This document shows positions 1 to 8,117 of a DNA stretch of 33,923 bases, one piece after another; the stretch's first letter is position 1, and each line of letters starts with the position of its first letter. Origin of the DNA: Macrostomum lignano (taxonomy: Eukaryota). The stretch covers positions 1 to 33,923 of the forward strand of contig NIVC01003973.1 of assembly GCA_002269645.1 (NCBI GenBank), in the 5' to 3' direction. The notes under the pieces were generated by a model that was not told where the DNA came from, searched no databases, and saw only the letters and a list, made by a program, of their open reading frames with translations. The position numbers and the translations under genes were made by a program.

Positions 1-133
1 AGAAGAGAGAGAAGGGGAGAAAGAAAGAAGGGAAGAGAGAGGGAAGAAGGGAGAAAAGGGAGAGAGTAGGGAGAAAGAGAGAAAGAGAGAGAGAGCGAGA
101 GAGTAGGGAGAAAGAGAGAAAGAGAGAGAGAGA

Positions 134-191
<58 letters not shown>

Positions 192-199
192 GAGGGGGG

Positions 200-230
<31 letters not shown>

Positions 231-237
231 AGAGAGA

Positions 238-308
<71 letters not shown>

Positions 309-323
309 AGAGGGAGAGAGAGA

Positions 324-366
<43 letters not shown>

Positions 367-370
367 AGAG
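1..370. repeat. (GA)n microsatellite / GA-rich low-complexity tract
   Basis: Directly visible; long pure (GA)n runs from about 120 to 360. Confidence 0.98.
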
Positions 371-415
371 GTCACGGCGTGTTTAAAAAAATCAAAGACT
401 TAATTAATTTAATAT

Positions 416-454
416 GGGCTACCGGTTTCGAGCCTCTGGGCTCTTCGTCAGGCC
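416..454 (-). ncRNA. Minimal type I hammerhead ribozyme motif of the PLE
   Basis: Minus strand reads GGC-CTGACGA-A-GAGCC(CAGA)GGCTC-GAAA-CCGG-TA-GCC. It has the core CUGAnGA and GAAA boxes, a 5-bp stem II, a palindromic ACCGGT stem III, a GUA triplet and a 3-bp stem I. Confidence 0.8.
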
Positions 455-945
455 AAAAAATCTGTGTGTCATGCAATTCAAGTTGGTCTTTTAAGTATTA
501 TTTTTGCTTAGTCTGATAGAATTGATGAGTAGTTGTACATATGAAGGATGTACATTTAAAACCCTGTTTTGCCTAGCTCTAACTTGTCCAGAGGCTTTCC
601 ACCATTATTTTAAACGACAGTATATTTGTTAAAAAAATTGTTATTTCGAAGTACTATCGATATGCGATACTATACGATTAGATGAAATGCCGGTATTGGG
701 GTAGGAGCATAAAAATCAATATTGAGCGTACAATTAAGCAGTTTGAATAAATAAAATAAAATAAATGACACGTGAATAAATATTGTACTTTAATAGGGTG
801 AAAATAGCGCATTGGTTAAAATGATTAAATGTTTCCTGGCTGAGACTTGAACTTATTGGGAGCCAGGAGGCTCTGTAAGTTACGTTGCCGTGTAAAAGCG
901 GGCAGTATGCGGGAGCCTGGTTTATTTTGTAGCTTATCAAAGTTT

Positions 946-1480
946 TTAGCAATCTCGTTGGCAAGCCAGACGCGTAGATGGGTGAAAAGGAAGGACCATT
1001 GGGATGGGTCGGAGAAGATGATTGTCGACCCTGATGTTCGTACCTGGCGGTTTGTCAGTCCCTAGTTTTTTAATCCAGATTTCTTCCCTTAGTTCGATTT
1101 TGTTGTTATTAAGAACTTGTTCGATAGCAATGGAGACAAAGTTTGCAATTGAGTGATTGGGGGTGAGAAAGTGCTCTGACCCCGAAGTTACGACTCTCCT
1201 GTTAATATTTGACCTGTGCTGGTTCATTCTATCTCTCATTGTTCTTCTAGTCATCCCTACATAGAAGATTTTCCCAGGGTGGCACTGGTTGCAGGAGATG
1301 CCATAGATGATGTTCTTGGAGCCACAGGACAGGCTCTGAGAGATTAAAAAACCAGAAGCCGGTTGCAGTCCCTGGCGGAGAGAGCAGCGGTGAGTGGGTG
1401 CAGCATTTGCAACGGGATGACCCACAGGGATGGAACCCTTTGGGAAGCAGACCCAGATTGGTCGTTGGTCCTGCAGTCCA
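946..1480 (-). pseudogene. PLE Cys-rich linker + GIY-YIG endonuclease domain (frameshifted)
   Basis: GFHPCGSSRCKCC then SCGSKNIIYGISCNQC..FYVGMTRRTMRDRMNQHRSNI..SEHF...HS...IE....REEIWIKKLGT..P.GTN, the typical PLE GIY-YIG signature. Confidence 0.9.
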
Positions 1481-2623
1481 GTTCATAAGTATGAGGACCT
1501 CCTTTTTGCAGTTTCTAAGAAAAATTTCGAGTAGCCTAATTGCTTGAGTTCCGATTTTAAAGAATTGAAAGCACGTTGAAAGACTTGTAGTCATCACAGA
1601 TTCGAGCGTACCGAAGGACTTGGATTTTACTACCCCCTTGAAGGTGTGTGACGGATGGAAGGACTGTCGGTGCAACAATCTATGAGTGTCTGTTTCTTTT
1701 GAAAACAGTTGTGTTGTGAAGCGGTTTTCAGCTTTCCTGATGGTCATGTCAAGGAAACTGACCTCAGTTGATGAGGAGCTGACGGTGAGTTTTGATGTTG
1801 GGGTTGATTGAATTTAGGTGTACAACAAATTCTGTCAGAGTTTCAGCCGGGTGTGTCCCAGTGAATGAAGATATCATCTATGTACCTAAAATAGATGTTC
1901 GGCTTATAAAGAGCAGTTCTCAGGCAGTTTCCTCCCAGAGGCTCATGAAGAGACAGGCATAGCTGGGCGCAAATATGCGCCCCATGGCTGTGCCTCTAAG
2001 TTGTAGGAAAATCATTTTGTCAAATTCAAGTCATTCCTGTACAAACACAATTCCAGTAGCTTTATTATTTCAGCATCCGGTCTAATGGGATCCGGGTATC
2101 GTTAAAGAATCCTGGATCGCTGCAATGCCCTGATCTATTGGGATCATGGAGTACAGACTCTGGACATCACAGGTTGCCAGAGTCGAACCTTCCGTGCAGC
2201 TTTTATCCATAAGGTGTGCCTTGAAGTCATAGGAGTCCTTAATGAAAGTGGTTGCGCTTGGGCAATCGGTTTAAGAAAGAAGTCTATGTACTTTTCTGCC
2301 CCAATTGCTTCAGAACTACATCCGCTCACAATAGTCTGCCTGCTGGGACCCGAAAGGGGATCAGCCAGGTGGCCGGTCCTTGTGAATTTTTGGGGAGCAG
2401 GTAGAAATGCCGGGGACGGAAGTTCTCTCCGGGACAAAGAAATGCACACTGTATCTTAGATATGAACTTTCTGTTACATAAATTGAGGAAGATCCCCCTA
2501 ATAAGTTCCGCAGTCACGGGTTGCAATGGCTGGTCCAGCTGTTGATAGGCATCAGTGTCAAACAGTTGGTTGTAGGCTGCAAATTCGTAGTCCTTAGGGT
2601 GCATGATGACCACTGCGTTGCCT
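1481..2623 (-). pseudogene. PLE reverse transcriptase + thumb (5'-truncated at the DKG motif, several 1-nt indels)
   Basis: RT motifs are split over ORFs 2326-2613, 2144-2449 and 1247-1747; the catalytic YIDD is intact. Confidence 0.9.
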
Positions 2624-2624
2624 T

Positions 2625-3120
<496 letters not shown>

Positions 3121-3715
3121 CCAAGCAGGTACGGCATTCTAGGATTATTAACAGCAGAACCATCGAGTCTTGGAAAGAAAGTCACTGGTTTGAATGCATT
3201 CTTTAAAAAGTTGAGTTTTCAAAAAATGCCAGCTGCTAATTACTAACCAGGTATTCCAAGTGGATGGCGTGACCATTGACAAGAAAATTTCACTTATCGC
3301 AGCAGACATCAAAACTTCACTTCAATCAGGCAATGCTAGACGAGAAGAGAACGTCAAAGCGAATAGTTTAGGTGAAGCATCAAACCCCAAGTTAATTAGA
3401 TCAGATTTTTAATTCCCCTCGGGGCCCCCGGTCAGAAAGAAACAAGGCTAACGGTTCGACTCAAATTGAGCCAGTCATTTTTGCGCCCTTCCTCTCTGTC
3501 TTGCTTCACTGAGCAAGCAGGCTTAGTTAACTATACTTAACTATATATCTTAGAGCAGGGCTCAATGTATAAATATAGCAAGAAAGCAGGGGGAGGGGGT
3601 GAAGGAAATGGGAAAAAAGAAGGCGAAGCGGAAGACTAAACACAAAGAAGAGACAATGACGCAAGCAGAACGAGAGAGAAAGCAAGATAAGTATGAAGAA
3701 ACAAGATAGACGGAC

Positions 3716-5215
3716 AGGAGATGGGAGAAACAAAGGAAAAAGGAAGGTGAGACACTGAGAAAAGAAGATAGGGGAGACGGGAGTGGGTAACAGGGAGATG
3801 GGAGAGGGAACAGGGAGATGGGAGTGGGTAACAGGGAGATGGGAGAGAGAACAGGGAGATGGGAGAGGGAACAGGGAGATGGGAGAGGGAACGGGGGGCC
3901 GTAGCCCAGCGGTAGCGCAGCTGCTCTGGTGTGCCGCGACCCAGGCTCGATTCCAAGTGCAGCCACATTAATTTGGGGCTGGATTGGAATTTCGGCTTGG
4001 CTCGCTTGTGCAATTAACGGCCTTGAGAGCCAACCCCCAAGGCGCAGTGAAGTGTACATGCCTAACAATTGATAAAGTTAGGGCCGCTGTACACTCCTGT
4101 GTGAGTGTGTGCCTGCGTAACGTATCCGCGCGCTTGTATGCCTGCTCAGGGGAGTCGGCGGAATGGGCAGTAATGCCTCTCGCCGGTTGTGTGCCAATGA
4201 CGCTTAAATTGCGCCAGGGTGCACACAACCCCCCTGCCTCTAAAAAAAGGGAGAGAGAACAGGGAGATGGGAGAGAGAAACAGGGAGATGGGAGAGGGAA
4301 CAGGGAGATGGGAGAGGGAACAGGGAGATGGGAGAAGGAACAGGGAGATGGGAGAGAGAAACAGGGAGATGGGAGAGAGAAACAGGGAGATGGGAGAGGC
4401 AGGGAGATGGGAGAGGGAACAGGGAGATGGGAGAGGCAGGGAGATGGGAGAGGGAACAGGGAGATGGGAGAGGCAGGGAGATGGGAGAGGGAACAGGGAG
4501 ATGGGAGAGAGAAACAGGGAGATGGGAGATGGGAGAGGGAACAGGGAGATGGGAGAGAGAAACAGGGAGATGGGAGATGGGAGAGGGAACAGGGAGATGG
4601 GAGAGGGAACAGGGAGATGGGAGAGGGAACAAAGAGATGGGAGAGAAACAGGGAGATGGGAGAGGCAGGGAGATGGGAGAGGGAACAGGGAGATGGGAGA
4701 GGCAGGGAGATGGGAGAGGGAACAGGGAGATGGGAGAGGCAGGGAGATGGGAGAGGGAACAGGGAGATGGGAGAGGCAGGGAGATGGGAGAGGGAACAGG
4801 GAGATGGGAGAGGCAGGGAGATGGGAGAGGGAACAGGGAGATGGGAGAGGCAGGGAGATGGGAGAGGGAACAGGGAGATGGGAGAGGCAGGGAGATGGGA
4901 GAGGGAACAGGGAGATGGGAGAGGCAGGGAGATGGGAGAGAAACAGGGAGATGGGAGAGGCAGGGAGATGGGAGAGGCAGGGAGATGGGAGAGGGAACAG
5001 GGGGATGGGAGAGAAAAACAGGGAGATGGGAGAGGGAACAGGGAGATGGGAGAGGGTAACAGGGAGATGGGAGAGGGAACAGGGAGATGGGAGAGGGAAC
5101 AGGGAGATGGGAGAGGGAACAGGGAGATGGGAGATGGGAGAGAGAAACAGGGAGATGGGAGAGAGAAACAGGGCGATGGGAGAGGCAAGGAGATGGGAGA
5201 GAAACAGGGAGATAA
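3716..5215. repeat. G-rich minisatellite, unit about 20 bp AGGGAGATGGGAGAGGGAAC with 17-21 bp variants, interrupted by a SINE
   Basis: Directly visible tandem array on both sides of the SINE at 3893-4248. Confidence 0.95.
3893..4248 (+). mobile_element. tRNA-derived SINE, family A copy 1
   Basis: tRNA-like head with A box TAGCCCAGCGG (3902-3912) and B box GGCTCGATTCC (3944-3954), about 280 bp body, ends CCCCTGCCTCT-A7. A homologous copy is at 28664-29024. Confidence 0.88.
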
Positions 5216-5407
5216 GAAGTGATGAATCATTAAGATAAGGTAAGAGACATGAGAAGAAGGGAGATAATGCAAGAAAATTTGCTTCCACAAGCTTAGGTAG
5301 TTAAGCAGATCCCAGAGACGACAGAATACCGAAAAAAGAAGCATCCGATAAAAAGACAACAGAAAAATTGTCGATTACAAAAAAGTGTCGCTCTCTCCCG
5401 GACAGAC

Positions 5408-5592
5408 CTGAGACGACATCCGTTCAAGGCAGTCCAAGTCCACCATTGCGTCGCAACGGCTCGAATCACCGGGTCTCCCGGGGGTATCCATGGAGGTACC
5501 GCGGGGAGACGACGACGCCTTGGCGGCGACAGCGGCAGAAGCTGAAGCGGCGGCGTCGGCCACCGAGGTCGACGCGTCGTGCACACTCCTAG
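5408..5592 (-). CDS. BTB gene probable exon 4 (Ala/Ser-rich)
   Basis: The phase-compatible acceptor ggctag gives ARSVHDASTSVADAAASAS...LERMSSQ; the donor gtctgt is weak. Confidence 0.45.
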
Positions 5593-8117
5593 CTAGCCAG
5601 TCAGCCAGCAGGTCGCACAGCTGATTGAGGCCAACGCCGCCAATGCCGCACACTGCGCAACATAAAAATGTGCATGCGTGCGAAACAATAGGCAAGGCGC
5701 TTCAATTGAAAGCACGATTATCTTATGAGGCTACTATTTCTGTTAGCGCTCTTGCTTACCAAGCAAGTCAAGCATGATTTTGGGCAGACAGGCCGCTCCA
5801 AAGCTGAGAACTTCGGCCAGATTGGCGGCGATGTACGCGTCGATGCTGTCTAGCACAGGCTGGCAGTCCGTTAGCTGGGCGCGCAGCTCTGCGGCGGGGG
5901 AGGGCGGCTTTTTTGAGCGAATGCGACAAGACAGGAAGTGAGACTTTAGCAAGCTTAGCATGAGGACCCAAGTGAATGAAAAGAAATGTCGAACTTAGCA
6001 ACCGCACCGGAAGTGAAATCGAGAGTGGGAGCATAACGGAAGGACCGGAAGTGAAATTGGGAGCATTGATATTCTCCATAAAATGACTGAAAGTAAAATC
6101 CGGGATGGGAAGCACAACGGAATGACCGGAAGTGAAATCGAGGGAGGCTTAAAGACAGGAGATGAGGCTAAGACTCAAGCCCTCGAACTCGAACTCACCG
6201 AGCGCAGTGCGCGGCAGTAAACAGGTCTGTAGCAGGCGGCCAGAGCAAACGTCCAACACAGGCCGCATAGCCAGCAGGGAGGCCAGAGAACACACCTGCG
6301 GCAGCAGCCGATCGGGCACCATCAGCCGGCCTGTATAGGAGAATTCCAACAGCAAAGCGAACGCGTCCGGCGAGTAGCCGCGCGGGAGAGCAAAGTGGCC
6401 GCAGTTCGGATCGGCCAGCAGCAGGCGCAGAAAGTAGGGCGACGCGGCGCCCAGGATGCATCGGTGGGCCAGGAAGTCCCGGCCGGATACGCTCACCTGA
6501 GGATCAGGCGTATTCATATCATGCATCCTATTTGTTGCTAGGGATGCTTTTGACGAAATCTAGGATTAATATTCCAGCTCCCACTGAAGGATCGGAGAGG
6601 GTGGCAGGTGAAAAATTGGGGAGGGAGGGATGGCGGAGCTGAAAGACCAAGGAGGGTGGCAGCTGAAGGATCTGGGAGGGGTGGCAGCTGAAGGATCGAG
6701 GAGGGTGGCAGCTGAAGGATCGGGGAGGGTGGCAGCTGAAGGATCGGGGAGGGTGGCAGCTGAAGGATCGGGGAGGGTTGGCAGCTGAAGGATCGGGGAG
6801 GGTGGCAGCTGAAGGATCGGGGAGGGTGGCAGCTGAAGGATCGGGGAGGGCGGCAGCTGAAGGATCGGGGGGGGGGGGGGGGTGGCAGCTGAAGGATCGG
6901 GGAGGGTTGGCAGCTGAAGGATCGGGGGGGGGTGGCAGCTGAAGGATCGGGGAGGGTTGGCAGCTGAAGGATCAGGGAGGGTGGCAGCTCAAGGATCGAG
7001 GAAGAGGTGGCAACTGAAGGATCGGGGAGGGTGAAAGCTCAAGGATCGAGGAAGAGGTGGCAGCTGAAGGATCGGGGAGGGTGGCAGCTCAAGGATCGGG
7101 GAGGGTGGCAGCTCAAGGATCGGGGAAGAGGTGGCAGCTGAAGGATCGGGATTGGGTGCATGGCAGAAACATATTCTGGGTCTAAAACTCGGCAAAGCTA
7201 AGCAGTCCTAAGCAGTCTTTGGCGTGGCGCTATTGCCGTACCACATGCAAAAAGAATGGTAACTCTACAAATGCATTTTGCATTGAAACGGAAAGTTACT
7301 AATAGATAACTCAATGTTTCTACTCCAGGGGCTGCAGTAAACACGCATTCGCCATATGCCAAGAGCCAATGCAAAGCCTGAGAGTGCGTGCACTCTACAG
7401 CTTACAATTGTTGCCTTAGAAGAGAAACTCAGATTCTACCATAACCTTTGAACGATTTAGATAAGAAAAATATAAAAGAGACATTGGGACATGCAATATC
7501 GCTGCAGACAGACAGACAGATTGAACTTCAATCATAGAGGTCAAACGAGTTTTGAGTAATTTTCTTTATGCAAGCATGAACTATTAATGGAAAATAACTG
7601 AATAAGCGCTATATCTGTTTTAGTAAGTTTGCTGGAGGCTGTGGGTGCTACTGCAAACCTATCTGGTCACAGTCGACCTGCAGCCAGTGAGGAGACAAGC
7701 AGACAGGCCCATTCTGTTGACCTCTGAGCACACACAGAAAATGCAGACATGTGCTCACAGGGGTATACAGCAGCAAACTAACTGAAGTAAAGAGAACTGT
7801 TAGCCAGTCTCATCCCTAGGATTATAAAACATTCTATTGTGCATTCTATTTGAAATTTCTAATAAGATATCACGAAAAAATTATGATTCTCTACACTGCC
7901 ACACAATTAGAAATAAAGGTGTAAAAAGGCTAACTAATGTTGATACCTGAACATTGCAGAATACTCCTTCCTGTCTCAGTTTGCTTAGACGAACAAAATG
8001 CTCAGGCAACTGGCAGTTATCTAGTAATAGGTCTGAGCTGCCAGTATCACTGTCTGATCCATATCCATCAGAACTGCCATTGACTGGCATAGGAGCTACC
8101 TCAGGAGATAGAGACAT
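5408..8117 (-). CDS. BTB-BACK protein (Kelch-like family, IVNS1ABP/NS1-BP-like), 5' exons; 3' exons not found in window
   Basis: Exons 8117-7947, 6496-6199 and 5888-5760 (phases 0/1/1, GT-AG) join to ..LRQEGVFCNVQVSVSGRDFLAHRCILGAASPYF..DAFALLLEFSYTGRL..(BTB) and IDAYIAANLAEV..LPKIMLDLL (BACK-like; resembles VDAYIQEHL..LPRLKLEV of NS1-BP from memory). A probable 4th exon is 5592-5408. Confidence 0.85.
5760..5888 (-). CDS. BTB gene exon 3 (BACK-like)
   Basis: ccgcag|(E)LRAQLTDCQPVLDSIDAYIAANLAEV...LDLL|gtaagc; phases match. Confidence 0.8.
6199..6496 (-). CDS. BTB gene exon 2 (BTB/POZ core)
   Basis: cctcag|VSVSGRDFLAHRCILGAASPYF...RTAL|gtgagt. Confidence 0.92.
6595..7150. repeat. 24-bp minisatellite GGGTGGCAGCTGAAGGATCGGGGA, about 23 copies, in BTB intron 1
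   Basis: Directly visible. Confidence 0.95.
7947..8117 (-). CDS. BTB gene first coding exon
   Basis: ATG at 8117; ..RLSKLRQEGVFCNVQ|gtatca; acceptor-like tttcattgcag 17 nt upstream of the ATG. Confidence 0.8.

Larger units (their letters stand above)
371..2624 (-). mobile_element. Penelope-like retroelement (PLE, Neptune-like), 5'-truncated, frameshifted as assembled
   Basis: Minus-strand frames give PLE RT motifs KGNAVVIM..DY, FYLLPK(I)HK, GR(P)IVSGC, FLQLRGTAMG..APSYACLFM (1980-1994 for GTAMG) and YFRYIDDIF (YIDD at 1873-1884). These are followed by a thumb (LFSKETDTHRLLH..SFHP..SQVLRYARIC), a Cys-rich PCGSSRCKCC and a GIY-YIG domain. A hammerhead motif lies near the 3' end. Confidence 0.93.

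Noticed and set aside
3893-3970. tRNA gene-like sequences (also the heads near 14455, 25769 and 29024)
   Set aside because: A and B boxes are present, but they continue into shared non-tRNA bodies with tails; these are SINE heads, not tRNA genes.
3968-5359. ORFs of 240-460 aa (GDGRGNREM / PSPISL repeats)
   Set aside because: Artefacts of a stop-free minisatellite plus a SINE.
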